DNA from: an uncultured Gammaproteobacteria bacterium
GTDB taxonomy: Bacteria; Pseudomonadota; Gammaproteobacteria; SZUA-229
Direction of reading: 5' to 3'
Assembly: GCA_963721085.1 (NCBI GenBank)
Contig: CAVRHW010000026.1
Coordinates: 12,302-76,301 of the forward strand
Length of the DNA: 64,000 nucleotides
Shown here: in pieces, positions 11,189-21,774 of the stretch
Numbering within the stretch: the first letter of the stretch is position 1
Layout: every line of letters starts with the position of its first letter
Position numbers and translations under genes: made by a program
The notes under the pieces: model-generated
Databases searched by the model: none
What the model saw: the letters and a program-made list of their open reading frames with translations, nothing else
What the model was told of the DNA's origin: nothing

Positions 11189-12743
11189 ATGACGATTAGC
11201 AAAGAAAAATTGATTATTTTTGATACTACCTTGCGTGATGGCGAGCAGAGCCCTGGCGCCTCGATGACGCGCGATGAAAAAATTCGTATTGCCAAAGCGT
11301 CTGGAAGCGCTGAAAGTCGATATCATCGAAGCCGGTTTTCCCATCGCCAGCCCGGGTGATTTTGAAGCAGTGAAAGCCGTCGCCGGCGTGATCAAGGACA
11401 GCACGGTATGCGGACTGGCGCGTGCCCTGGAAAAAGATATCAGTCGTGCGGGTGAGGCCTTGAAGCCGGCAGAGTCTGCGCGTATTCACACCTTTATCGC
11501 GACCTCGCCGATACACATGCAGCAGAAGCTGAACATGCAGCCCGATGATGTGCTGGCACAGGCAGTGCGTTCGGTGAAACAGGCGCGCGGCCTGGTGGCG
11601 GATGTGGAGTTTTCGCCGGAAGATGCCGGGCGTTCAGAGATCGACTTTCTGTGTCGTATTATCGAAGCGGTCATCGATGCCGGTGCCAGCACGATCAATA
11701 TTCCTGATACTGTGGGTTACAACATTCCACACCAGTTTGGCAATCTGATCAAAACCCTGATCGAACGTGTGCCCAATTCGGACAAGGCGATTTTTTCAGT
11801 GCATTGCCACAATGACCTGGGCCTTGCGGTCGCCAATTCATTGTCAGCCGTGCTCAATGGTGCACGCCAGGTGGAATGTACGATCAACGGCCTGGGCGAA
11901 CGCGCGGGTAATGCGGCGCTGGAAGAAATCGTCATGGCGGTGCGTACACGGCAGGATATTTTTGCCTGTGACACCACGCTCAATACCAGCGAGATTATGC
12001 GTTGTTCCAAACTGGTTTCGGGCATCACCGGCTTCGCTGTGCAGCCGAACAAGGCGATTGTGGGTGCCAATGCGTTTGCGCACGAATCGGGTATTCATCA
12101 GGACGGCGTGCTGAAAAATCGCGAGACTTACGAAATCATGCGTGCGCAGGATGTCGGCTGGAGCGAAAACCGAATCGTCATGGGCAAACATTCGGGTCGC
12201 AATGCATTTCGCACCCGGATGAAGGAACTCAATATTGAGTTTGCCTCGGAACAGGAACTGAATGAAGCGTTCTCGCGATTCAAGGATCTCGCTGATAAAA
12301 AACACGAGATATACGATGAGGACCTGCAGGCGCTGGTGGCCGATACCGGTGTCGCTGCTGCCGACGAGTATTACAGGCTGGTCAGTTTGAAAGTCTGCTC
12401 GGAAACCGGTGAAACACCGAATGCGCACCTGGTGATGACCATCGGTGATCAGGAAATGTCTGCCGATTCTGATGGTGGCGGGCCGGTGGATGCCGCGTTT
12501 CGTGCGATTGAGTCCATGGTGAAAAGTGAAACCGAGTTGCAGCTGTATTCGGTGAATGCAATCACCAGTGGTACCGATGCGCAGGGTGAAGTCACGGTAC
12601 GGTTGCAAAAAGGCGGGCGTATTGTGAACGGCCAGGGTGCAGATACCGATATCGTTCTGGCCTCGGCCTACGCGTATCTGAATGCACTGAATAAAATGAT
12701 GCATTCGGATTCACGTGCACATCCACAACTGGGTGATGTCTGA
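11189..12743 (+). pseudogene. leuA: 2-isopropylmalate synthase interrupted by a 1-nt insertion near 11300
   Basis: The frame from the ATG at 11189 gives [37 protein letters not shown]. The rest ([24 protein letters not shown]...) is in the +1 frame (track ORF 11274..12743). Removing the T at about 11300 restores IAKALEALKVD. Confidence 0.9.
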
Positions 12744-12849
12744 TAATGTTCCGAGTCAAAGACAGCAGCCAGGTACGGGAAATTGATCTTTTCCGTGCGC
12801 GCTGTTGTCCGAGACTGTATTCATTCGATGAGAACGGAGTGTAATCAGC

Positions 12850-13565
12850 ATGCCAGCAGCGAATAACGGTTGTCAGTTACCGGAAGAACTGCGACGTTAT
12901 TATCTGGAAGCCATGGGCATCCAGCTGTGGACAGAGAAAACAGACGCAACGACCGAAACCACGATAACCGGTACAGTGAACACGGCGCCACTCGGTGTAC
13001 AGGAGGCCTGTGGGGCAGGACGGTGACCTGGCAGCGCCTGCAGGCTGAGGTGGCCAGCTGCACGCGATGCGAATTGCACCAGACGCGCACCCAGACTGTA
13101 TTTGGTGTCGGAAATCAACGCGCCGATGTGCTCATTGTGGGCGAAGCGCCGGGCCAGGAAGAGGATGCGCGCGGCGAACCGTTTGTCGGTCGCGCGGGTC
13201 ATCTGCTCGATGCCATGCTGCGCGCAATCGACCTGCAGCGCGAGCAGGTTTATATCACCAATATTCTCAAATGCCGTCCGCCGCAAAATCGAAATCCACG
13301 CCCTGAAGAAATTACGCATTGCGAGGATTATCTGCACCGCCAGATCGATCTATTGCAACCCAAAATTATTTTTGCACTCGGCAAGTTTGCGGCACAAACG
13401 CTGCTGTCAAGCGATGACTCGGTCAGCGCTATGCGGGCAGCGCAGCATGAGTATCGCGGTATCCCTCTGTTAGTCAGTTATCATCCTGCGTATCTATTGC
13501 GCAAACCGACAGAAAAACGCAAATCCTGGCATGATCTGTTACGACTCAAGGCGATGCTGGACTGA
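12850..13565 (+). CDS. family-4 uracil-DNA glycosylase; N-terminal region may be frameshifted
   Basis: Core motifs CTRCELHQTRTQTVFGVG and GEAPGQEEDARGEPFVGRAGHLLD. A 58-codon ORF from the ATG at 12850 (..RRYYLEAMGIQLW..) lies in another frame and stops at about 13025. The alternative is an intact shorter protein from the GTG just before TWQRLQ. Confidence 0.75.
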
Positions 13566-14077
13566 TGGCGACGCGCGCAAAAGACATATCGGAGCAGAAC
13601 GTAGAAGTCAGCATTCGCACCATGACCTATGCCGATCTCAGCAATGTGATGCAGGTCGAAGAACAGGCCTATACCTATCCGTGGACGGTTGGCATTTTTC
13701 GTGACTGTATTCGTGTCGGTTATAACTGCTGGGTAGCCACGCTCGAAGATACTATTATTGGCTACGGCATTGTCATGCTGGCAGCAGGCGAAGCGCACGT
13801 GCTTAATCTATGTGTGAGTCCGGCATTCCAGGGCCGAGGTATTGGCCGAAAACTTTTGCAGCATTTGTCGCGCCGGGCGCAAATGGCCGATATCGACATG
13901 ATTTTGCTCGAAGTGCGTCGTTCAAATCAGGTCGCAATCGACCTGTATCACTCGGAAGGTTTTCACGAACTGGGTGTTCGCAAAAATTATTATCCTGGTG
14001 ATTACGGACGCGAAGATGCCATTATTCTGGCGCGTTATTTACCCAGAGCTGAAGACGAGTCTGAACAAACAAAATAG
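13565..14077 (+). CDS. rimI: ribosomal-protein-alanine N-acetyltransferase (GNAT)
   Basis: GNAT motif QGRGIGRKLLQHL. The ATG overlaps the upstream TGA by 1 nt. Confidence 0.8.
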   Translation: MATRAKDISEQNVEVSIRTMTYADLSNVMQVEEQAYTYPWTVGIFRDCIRVGYNCWVATLEDTIIGYGIVMLAAGEAHVLNLCVSPAFQGRGIGRKLLQHLSRRAQMADIDMILLEVRRSNQVAIDLYHSEGFHELGVRKNYYPGDYGREDAIILARYLPRAEDESEQTK

Positions 14078-14150
14078 GCCATCGCATTCCGGCCGTGCGC
14101 ATTCCACCGTGGTTTAATAAAGCACTTGCTTTAAAAACAGGGAACCAGGT

Positions 14151-15257
14151 TTGACAGCAAAAAATCAGAATCGAGTACTTGTTATTTACAGCGGCCTGGT
14201 TGTGGTCTTGCTGGTCATTCTGGTGCTCGTCTCCAGGTCACCACAAAAGCCGTCACAAAACCCACCGGATGAATTGACTGTTCCGTTACCTTCACTGGGA
14301 CCCGGGCCGATAACACTGCGAGTGGCGCACGTGGTTAATCCGCGTTTCCCGGCTTTGAGTCAGAAACAGCAGGCCGAAGTGCTGGCCAAAACCCGAGCGC
14401 TGGTAAAACAGAATTTTCATCTCGATGTTGAATTCAGCCATCCGGTAGAACTCGAGATAAAAGACTTTTTTGCCCTGCGCAATAAAAGCATCGATGCAGA
14501 ACTGAAAAAACGTATTGTTGATACAGCGTCTCTGACTGCGGCCGATCGTGACGATATGCGGGCGAGTATTTATAAAACGCTGAGTCACTACAAGGATGAA
14601 AACAACAATATTGCGGACTATGCGCGTCCGTATCTCACAAATTCTTTTGTGGGTGACGATCTGCATCAATTGTCCGGTGCGCTGGTAGATACCCTGCTCA
14701 CGCGCCTGAATTACTGGCGAGAACAGAAGGCAGCGGATGGTAATCCGGTGCTCGATGGCTCGCCGTATAACCAGTGGGTGTGGTGGGATGCTATCGGCTA
14801 TGGCCATTTGCCTTATGACGTGGTGATTACCAACCAGCTGGTGGCGAGCGTAGAGACCTATGGTATGGATGTGCATTCTTCCTTGCGAGGTGGGATTTCT
14901 GCAGGCACGACCAGTTTTAATAATCAGGGTAAATTTAAAGCCTACAGTTTTGTCACCAGCTTTCCCATGCTGAACGATAATCCTGTGCTCAGCCAGTTGC
15001 GTGGCGACGAGCATTACAGCGAAGCGCAGACCAGTGATTATATCGCCGCGGTTCTGGCCCACGAACTGGGGCACCTGTTACTGCATCTGGGGCATCCTTT
15101 TGGTAGCGAAAGCTGTCTCATGTCGCCGGCGCCCCTGCTGCGATTTCGCTCCTGGTACGATCACTTCAATCCCGCGCTGTGCCCGCTGGGAAGCCAGCCG
15201 CAGATGACACCGGGTGCCGCGACTCTGGATTATCGAGCCGACTGGATAGCGCCTTAA
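14151..15257 (+). CDS. membrane-anchored putative zinc metalloprotease (archaemetzincin-like motif)
   Basis: N-terminal TM helix, then [23 protein letters not shown] ... ALCPLG near the C-terminus. Confidence 0.55.
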   Translation: MTAKNQNRVLVIYSGLVVVLLVILVLVSRSPQKPSQNPPDELTVPLPSLGPGPITLRVAHVVNPRFPALSQKQQAEVLAKTRALVKQNFHLDVEFSHPVELEIKDFFALRNKSIDAELKKRIVDTASLTAADRDDMRASIYKTLSHYKDENNNIADYARPYLTNSFVGDDLHQLSGALVDTLLTRLNYWREQKAADGNPVLDGSPYNQWVWWDAIGYGHLPYDVVITNQLVASVETYGMDVHSSLRGGISAGTTSFNNQGKFKAYSFVTSFPMLNDNPVLSQLRGDEHYSEAQTSDYIAAVLAHELGHLLLHLGHPFGSESCLMSPAPLLRFRSWYDHFNPALCPLGSQPQMTPGAATLDYRADWIAP

Positions 15258-15321
15258 AACGCCAGATCACGTTACAGCGCGCAGGCGCTTCGGTATAATG
15301 CCCCGCTTTAAAGGGGTTCTC

Positions 15322-16911
15322 ATGTCTTATCTCGAACAGGTCAAGCGTCGCCGCACCTTCGCCATCGTTTCGCATCCTGATGCCGGCAAAACCACGCTCA
15401 CCGAAAAGCTGCTGCTGTACGGGGGTGCGATCCAGCTCGCGGGCACGGTCAAGGGCCGCAAGGCCGCGCGCCATGCTACCTCTGACTGGATGGAGCTGGA
15501 AAAGCAGCGCGGTATTTCGGTGACCTCTTCGGTGATGCAGTTTCCCTATAAAGACTGCATTATCAATCTGCTCGACACCCCGGGCCACGCCGACTTCTCG
15601 GAAGACACCTATCGCGTGCTCACCGCGGTGGATTCGGCGCTGATGGTGATCGACGCGGCCAAAGGCGTGGAAGAACGCACCATCAAGCTGATGGAAGTCT
15701 GTCGTTTGCGCGATACCCCGATTATCACCTTCATCAACAAAATGGACCGCGAAGCACGCGAGGCTATCGATTTGCTCGACGAAATCGAAAACATCCTGCA
15801 GATTCAGTGCGCACCCATCACCTGGCCGATTGGCATGGGTAAGCGTTTCAAGGGTGTGTACAACCTTGTTGAGGAAAGCGTGCATTTCTACAGTGCAACG
15901 CACAGTGGGAAAATTAATGCCGGTGATGTGATCCAGGGGCTGGACAATCCTGCGCTCGATGAAGTGCTGGGTGATATGGCGCAGGAACTGCGCGATGAAA
16001 TTGAGCTGGTGAAAGGCGCCAGTCATGCTTTCGATCAGGAGGCCTATGATCGTGGTGAACTGACGCCGGTGTTTTTTGGTTCGGGTATCAATAATTTTGG
16101 TGTCAAAGAACTGCTCGATGCACTCGATGCCATGGCGCCGCCGCCCGGCCCGCGTCCAACGCAAACACGGGTGGTGCAACCCGAAGAAGAAAAATTCACC
16201 GGTTTTGTTTTCAAGATCCAGGCGAACATGGATCCCGGCCATCGTGACCGCATAGCCTTTGTGCGTATTTGTTCCGGCATGTACACCCGCGGCATGAAAG
16301 TCAGGCATGTACGCCTGGGCAAAGACATCAAGCTTGCTGATGCGCTGACCTTTATGGCTTCTGATCGCGAGAACGTTGAACAGGCGTACACCGGTGACAT
16401 CATCGGTCTGCATAACCATGGAACCATGCGTATCGGTGATACGTTCACTCAGGGCGAAGACCTGTCTTTCACCGGCATTCCCAACTTTGCTCCCGAATTA
16501 TTCCGCCGCGCCCGTCTGCGTGATCCGCTGAAAATGAAAGCGCTGCAAAAAGGTCTGACCCAGTTATGCGAAGAGGGCGCTACACAGTTGTACAGACCGT
16601 TGAACAATAATGATCTGATCCTGGGTGCAGTCGGTGTGCTGCAGTTTGAAGTGGTGCGTTATCGTTTGCAGGATGAATACAGCGTGGATTGCGATTTCGA
16701 AAATGTAAATGTCTCCACCGCGCGCTGGGTTGAATGCGATGACGCGAAGGAACTGGAAAAATTTCGTGATCGCCACAATACCAATCTGGCGCTGGATCAT
16801 GCCGGTGACCTGGTTTACATCGCATCGTCACGGGTCAATCTGGAAATGACCATGGAGAAATGGCCCAAAATTAAGTTTCTCGCAACGCGCGAACACGGTA
16901 TCTATAGCTGA
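15322..16911 (+). CDS. prfC: peptide chain release factor 3
   Basis: [32 protein letters not shown] ... DTPGHADF translational GTPase. Confidence 0.95.
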   Translation: MSYLEQVKRRRTFAIVSHPDAGKTTLTEKLLLYGGAIQLAGTVKGRKAARHATSDWMELEKQRGISVTSSVMQFPYKDCIINLLDTPGHADFSEDTYRVLTAVDSALMVIDAAKGVEERTIKLMEVCRLRDTPIITFINKMDREAREAIDLLDEIENILQIQCAPITWPIGMGKRFKGVYNLVEESVHFYSATHSGKINAGDVIQGLDNPALDEVLGDMAQELRDEIELVKGASHAFDQEAYDRGELTPVFFGSGINNFGVKELLDALDAMAPPPGPRPTQTRVVQPEEEKFTGFVFKIQANMDPGHRDRIAFVRICSGMYTRGMKVRHVRLGKDIKLADALTFMASDRENVEQAYTGDIIGLHNHGTMRIGDTFTQGEDLSFTGIPNFAPELFRRARLRDPLKMKALQKGLTQLCEEGATQLYRPLNNNDLILGAVGVLQFEVVRYRLQDEYSVDCDFENVNVSTARWVECDDAKELEKFRDRHNTNLALDHAGDLVYIASSRVNLEMTMEKWPKIKFLATREHGIYS

Positions 16912-16912
16912 A

Positions 16913-16944
16913 TACAAAACGGCGCCACTGGCGCCGTTTTGTAT
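16913..16944. terminator. bidirectional Rho-independent terminator between convergent prfC and the cytochrome b gene
   Basis: AAAACGGCGCC-ACTG-GCGCCGTTTT, with A/T runs on both sides. Confidence 0.8.
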
Positions 16945-16963
16945 CACGTTCTTTATTAAAACC

Positions 16964-17614
16964 TTAATCTGTATTATTCGGCGGGATTTTTTTGCGACCG
17001 GTGATCATCGCTTTCACCAGATTTTCATCTTCCATCATGCTGGAAAACAGCACGCCCAGAATATGAAAAATCACCAGAAACAATGAAATATTGGAAAAGA
17101 CTTCGTGGGTTTCTTCCCAGAATTCTTCTGCTGGATTTTCGTTTTCCTTTTTCCTGTCTTTGTCATCGTCAGCATAAGCATTGGCTACCGGGCTGATGGC
17201 CACAAGGCTGGACGCGCTTCCGGTTTGCGCCAGCGGTCCATGACCTTCGACGCCATAGACTTTCAGACCCGTCAGGGTCGTTGCGAACAATGAAACCAGT
17301 AGCAGGATGACCATCGCGCCGCCCGCCGGATTATGGCCGAAATAATGTTTCGGGTTGGCCTGCATCAGGCCGTTCAGGTATTGCTTTATTTCTGCAGGTG
17401 AATACACAAAGTCGGAAAAGCGGGCATATTGAGGACCGATCAATCCCCAGATCACACGAAAGCAGATCAGGCCTAACACGGTATAACCAGCGATAACGTG
17501 CAGGTCTTCGAAATCGTCTTCACTCAGCCAGGCGACAGTAAAGGCCAGCGCCAGTGACCAGTGAAACACGCGTACTGCGATATCCCAGACTTTGATGCTA
17601 TTGGTATTGTCCAT
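16964..17614 (-). CDS. cytochrome b561-family membrane protein
   Basis: VWDIAVRVFHWSLALAFTVAWLSEDD ... HVIAGY ... four TM helices with conserved His. Start taken at MDNTNSIK. Confidence 0.7.
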   Translation of the reverse strand: MDNTNSIKVWDIAVRVFHWSLALAFTVAWLSEDDFEDLHVIAGYTVLGLICFRVIWGLIGPQYARFSDFVYSPAEIKQYLNGLMQANPKHYFGHNPAGGAMVILLLVSLFATTLTGLKVYGVEGHGPLAQTGSASSLVAISPVANAYADDDKDRKKENENPAEEFWEETHEVFSNISLFLVIFHILGVLFSSMMEDENLVKAMITGRKKIPPNNTD

Positions 17615-17774
17615 ACGGGCCACTCCAGAACGATGTATGCCCATAGTCTAGACTGAATGGTGTTCAGAAGTCAGCACGGAAGCTTGAGATACGTCAACCA
17701 GACGCCGATTGGCTGGCCATAAAAAAGCCATCCGCCTTTGCAGACGGATGGCTTTGGCAAACTATCAGACAGGT

Positions 17775-18245
17775 TTACTGATAAATAACCAGGTTGGCCT
17801 GCAAGGAATCAATATGGTCACGGACGACATATTCGACGCGCATATCCATTTTGTTTGCTACAGGAAAACCAACGCCTCCGCCGATCATGGCACCGTCATC
17901 ATCTCCGAAGTCATAGCCCAGACGACCTACCAGTTTGAGCTTGTTGTTCAGAGGAACGCTGGCGACTGCGGTGCTCCAGAGACCATTCGCGCTTCCGCCT
18001 CTATCAAAGTTACCCGTATCCATATAACCAACTTCAACAGCCAGTGCGGCGCTGCCCATGTTAACTGCCAGAGGCAGACCCGCGAATACCTGAAAACCTA
18101 CTGCGTCGCTATTATTGTAAAAATTGGTGTTAACGCTGTTATAGCCCAGGCCGCCACCAAAATAAATTTGTTTGGTGTCGAGGTTCTGTGCATATGCTGT
18201 CGATGTTGTAATGAGTAAAGCCAGTACAGGAATAATTTTTTTCAT
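17775..18245 (-). CDS. small outer-membrane beta-barrel protein
   Basis: Signal MKKIIPVLALLITTSTAYA, followed by alternating Gly/aromatic beta-strand pattern. Confidence 0.65.
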   Translation of the reverse strand: MKKIIPVLALLITTSTAYAQNLDTKQIYFGGGLGYNSVNTNFYNNSDAVGFQVFAGLPLAVNMGSAALAVEVGYMDTGNFDRGGSANGLWSTAVASVPLNNKLKLVGRLGYDFGDDDGAMIGGGVGFPVANKMDMRVEYVVRDHIDSLQANLVIYQ

Positions 18246-18354
18246 GATTTGAGTACCTTCTGTTGTTTATAAAAAGACTTTTTTACATTTAAATTAAACA
18301 TAAGAAACATGGATGTGAACGCCGGGACGCGTTCATTTTTAACCAGTTAATGTT

Positions 18355-18931
18355 TTAGGATGACGATTTTTTGTCTGGAGGAAACTGATCCAGAATTGCG
18401 TCAACGTGTTCGTTGATTATCTTTGTCAGTTCTTCAGGCTTGTCGTAGTGGTAGACATATCGTGAACTGGTGCCTCGCCACAGGAGGCGCTTGTCCTTAC
18501 CACTGAGTATATTGATAATCAGGGTGGCCTCGTCTTCATCACGTATTGTGGTGCCAGTGCCAATGCCTATACCGCCAAAGTTACCAAAGCTGCCGAAACC
18601 GAATGAAAAGCTGGTGGTCGGTCCGTCAGAGGTCAGGCGCTGGCGCATATCGGTCTGGTAGTTGACGATAAAATCAGTATTCGTATCCGGTTTCAGCACA
18701 TAGCCCATAGCAGCCAGTTTACGGTCAATGGCTTTATGGATACGCATGTCGAGCAAAGGGTCGCCTTTAATGTTGTTTTCATTTTTCAGTACGGACGGAT
18801 CCCAGTGATAGGTTTTGAGGGCTACTAAAATCGGTGGCAGGCTCGTAGTCCTGGCTCACGGGAATACCACTACAGGCAGACAGCAGGCTGAATATAGCGA
18901 TAAGGGCAAGTTTGCTCAGGCGTGTTTTCAT
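18355..18931 (-). pseudogene. DUF4136-like lipoprotein interrupted by a 1-nt insertion near 18820
   Basis: The ATG at 18929-18931 gives MKTRLSKLALIAIFSLLSACSG (lipobox) ..DYEPATDFSS. After dropping one C, the next frame reads LKTYHWDPSVLKNENNIKGDPLLDMRIHKAIDRKL (track ORF 18355..18756). Confidence 0.7.
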
Positions 18932-19062
18932 CGTTTGAGTATAATTCATTTTAAAGTTTGTGTTGCCATAAGACTTGAACGGGTAAATATGGTTCAGCGT
19001 GGGCGCGCCTTGCTTCAGGTATTCGATAGACGGCGTGCCGGTTCGGCTGGCAGCCTGTCGAG

Positions 19063-19656
19063 TTAGTAACGCAACTGGTAGGCGACGACAGGGACGCCCT
19101 GGTCGGTCAACGAAACATGAACAGTTTCTTCGATTGTGCGGGGGGTGACAAACTGATAATTGAAACCGACACCCAGCGCGCAGCCAGCGATGACATCACG
19201 CCAGTGGTGCTGGGATTCATCGACCCGGGTATAGCCGACAAAGCCGGCGAGAAGGAAGCCGGGAGCACCGTATTTCCAGCCATAACGAGTGGTAAGAAAT
19301 GCAGCGCCGGAACAGGCGCCGGCGGTATGACCGGAAGGGAAAGATTTTTTGCCGCCATTCGGACGAGTTCCGATAGAAGAATTTGCAAACGCCTGCTTTA
19401 AAACCTGGGTAGCCACAACGGTGCTGCCAGTGCTTTTCCACCATTGTTGTGTGCCTTCTTCGTCATCCTGGTACAACGTCATCGCCAGCCCCAGACCGGG
19501 CAGAAAAAGTTGAGCAAAATCACCTATGGCCAGGTCGGTATCGCGAGAATGGACCACCGCTGCAGATAGCGGATACACGTTTACGATACACGCGATAAAT
19601 AACATCAGGCAGAAATGGGGCCTGAGCTTACTGGCAGTTAATTTTTGATTAAACAC
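19063..19656 (-). CDS. PAP2-superfamily phosphatase
   Basis: The three PAP2 motifs: KQAFANSSIGTRP, PSGH, and TRVDESQHHWRDV. Confidence 0.8.
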   Translation of the reverse strand: MFNQKLTASKLRPHFCLMLFIACIVNVYPLSAAVVHSRDTDLAIGDFAQLFLPGLGLAMTLYQDDEEGTQQWWKSTGSTVVATQVLKQAFANSSIGTRPNGGKKSFPSGHTAGACSGAAFLTTRYGWKYGAPGFLLAGFVGYTRVDESQHHWRDVIAGCALGVGFNYQFVTPRTIEETVHVSLTDQGVPVVAYQLRY

Positions 19657-19759
19657 AGCAGATGATTCCAGGGTGAATGACAGGGTGGCCAGGCATATGC
19701 CGGGCGGATGTTACACAGGTGGTTATCGAATCACAACATCATGCAGGTAACAGGACTGA

Positions 19760-20567
19760 TTAAATGATGCGCTCCGAGTTTTCTGAATACTGGTGGTGAA
19801 GCGCCTGTTTTATGATCGCAACTTTTTCGCCGCGAGAAATCAGTAAGTACGCGCTGAGGGCGGCAATCACATGCTTGATAGCATGTCCACTGACCACACC
19901 GAGAAAGTCAAACACTTCATGATCGAAGACCTCGAAAACTTTTGCCAGTGCATAGCCAACCAGCATCGCCCAAATCAGGTATGAGTGCGACCGTTCATGA
20001 TCGAACATCAGCATAATGAGTACCACCAGTACTATGGGCAGGAATTGTACCAGCGCATAAAAGCGCAGATCACCCGCACCAATGGATTCGGTCTGGTGCC
20101 AGTAAATAACAGAAGCGATTGCCAGTGCGATCAATGGGAACAGCGCAATCATGGCCAGGCGATGTGAAATATAATCGGCCAGCACGATGCAGAAAAATGA
20201 CATAAATGCCAGCGTCATGGGCAGGCGATCCCAGAGCAGGGTGTTGTTTGTCGGGTGCAGGTGATAATAGGACGAACCTAAAGCCATCAGGCAGAGCGCA
20301 AGCGAATAGAGAACATAGAACAGGCGATTCTGTTTCAGGTATACATTTTGTGGATATGATGAAAGCAGATGAAAGCCGGACAGACCTACGAGCAAAAACG
20401 GCAGGTTTGAAACCACGTTCCAGAAATTGGGAATACCGTAAAGACTACGCTGGTCGAAAAAAGTAATGGTACGCAATATCCTGGGGAATCGCCGCAGTCT
20501 GTAACACGCCAAAAACGGCGATGGCAGTAACAGCTATCAGCAGGGCAAATTTGAGTATGCGAATCAT
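19760..20567 (-). pseudogene. ceramidase-family (alkaline phytoceramidase-like) membrane protein with a frameshift in a T6/A6 run near 20458
   Basis: The ATG at 20565-20567 gives MIRILKFALLIAVTAIAVFGVLQTAAIPQDIAYHYFF. The body continues in track ORF 19760..20512 (DQRSLYGIPNFWNVVSN ... YHLHPTNNTLLWDRLPM). Confidence 0.7.
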
Positions 20568-20663
20568 ACGCCAAGTGTAGCATTTGTCTTTTTATATGCC
20601 TGTTTATCTTCTGGTTAATCGAGTTTAATATTGCTGTGTCACTTCAGGGAACAGGAGGGTGCT

Positions 20664-21281
20664 ATGGCCATGATCAATTCAAAATTTCTCTGCTTGCTGC
20701 TGTTAGTGCTGCCAGCGACCAGTCAGGCGGTTGTTGTTCGCGCTGACTATGTAGTCAGTTTTTTTCCGCCCAGTCCCTGCAATGACACCTTGCTGGGGGA
20801 TCTAACGAACACAGGCATGAATGGTACGCTGCAGTTCTATTCCCAGAATGCCGACGGTGGTGATCTGGTGGCTCAAAATCCAGGCCCGCCTGTGATCAAC
20901 GATCTCGCCTGTGGTGGTCGCCTGGCGGGGACGTACACATTTGATCTGGATCTTGCAGGCGGTGCGCAATTACTCTCGCTCAGTTTTGACGGTTCATTAG
21001 TCGCTACCAATCCGGGGCCGCCGACCCTGCCGTTGTATGCTTTCCTGCCGGGCAGCGATGTTCGCATCGCACCCGATACTGCACCAGTATTGCCACTTGG
21101 ATTAATCAGTCTCGAGCAAAACCCGGGTCCTCCGGACTTGCCGTTGTATGCCTTCGACAGTACGGGGCAGGAGATGGGTTCATTGCAGGTCAGTTTTAGT
21201 GTTGTACCTGTACCGGGCAGCATTGTATTGCTGGCTTCGGGGATGATGCTTTTGCTGGGGTTTGCGCGGGCTCGGTTGTAG
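20664..21281 (+). CDS. secreted protein with three NPGPP repeats and a VPxP-type C-terminal sorting-like tail
   Basis: Signal MAMINSKFLCLLLLVLPATSQA; motifs QNPGPPVINDL, TNPGPPTLPLYAF, QNPGPPDLPLYAF; C-terminus VPVPGSIVLLASGMMLLLGFARARL. Confidence 0.65.
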   Translation: MAMINSKFLCLLLLVLPATSQAVVVRADYVVSFFPPSPCNDTLLGDLTNTGMNGTLQFYSQNADGGDLVAQNPGPPVINDLACGGRLAGTYTFDLDLAGGAQLLSLSFDGSLVATNPGPPTLPLYAFLPGSDVRIAPDTAPVLPLGLISLEQNPGPPDLPLYAFDSTGQEMGSLQVSFSVVPVPGSIVLLASGMMLLLGFARARL

Positions 21282-21420
21282 CTGCTGTAATTAAGTTAAA
21301 CCTGTATATGCAAAATTCATCGGAACCTGTTGATTTTTAAAAAAACGGGGGTTATGATTTGCTGCATCAGGCCATGCCTGTCCTTGACTGAAATAAAATA
21401 ATAATATCGCCGAGGCAAAA

Positions 21421-21650
21421 GTGAAAAAAATATTCGATAGTTTCTGGCAGCGCTTTGCCAATGTTGAGGAGCAAGCTGTTGCACTGGATGAACACACCAT
21501 TGCACTGCGCACGCTCAAACTCAGGCTGATGCCAGCCGGGATGAAATCACCCGCAGCTACCGCGAACTGGCGTCTCGCTACCATCCAGACAGGGGTGGTG
21601 ATACCGAGACGTTTATCAATATTCGTCGCGCGTATGAGTTGTTGAGATAG
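21421..21650 (+). pseudogene. small J-domain protein with a frameshift near 21530
   Basis: Frame 1 gives MKKIFDSFWQRFANVEEQAVALDEHTIALRTLKLRL. The -1 frame gives DASRDEITRSYRELASRYHPDRGGDTETFINIRRAYELLR (HPD motif). The J-domain frame has no start codon of its own. Confidence 0.6.
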
Positions 21651-21701
21651 TATTGTGATGGTGGGCTGTTTGGCGCATTCTTGAGCCCTGTCCGTCTGAT
21701 T

Positions 21702-21733
21702 GTCATCCCCGAGTGTTTGTGTCGGGGATCCAT
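21702..21733. repeat. GTCATCCCC...GGGGATCCAT hairpin repeat, adjacent to element copy 1
   Basis: GTCATCCCCGA-gtgtttgtg-TCGGGGATCCAT. The same hairpin family occurs at 44020-44052, 45197-45227 and 41521-41595. Confidence 0.7.
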
Positions 21734-21774
21734 GTCTTTGTTTACATTGGTGGCATGTGGGTTCTCGCACCCAC

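Noticed and set aside
11844-12704. 286-aa minus-strand ORF
   Set aside because: Antisense to leuA.
15166-16419. 417-aa minus-strand ORF
   Set aside because: It is entirely antisense to prfC, an unambiguous GTPase. This is a typical GC-rich shadow frame.
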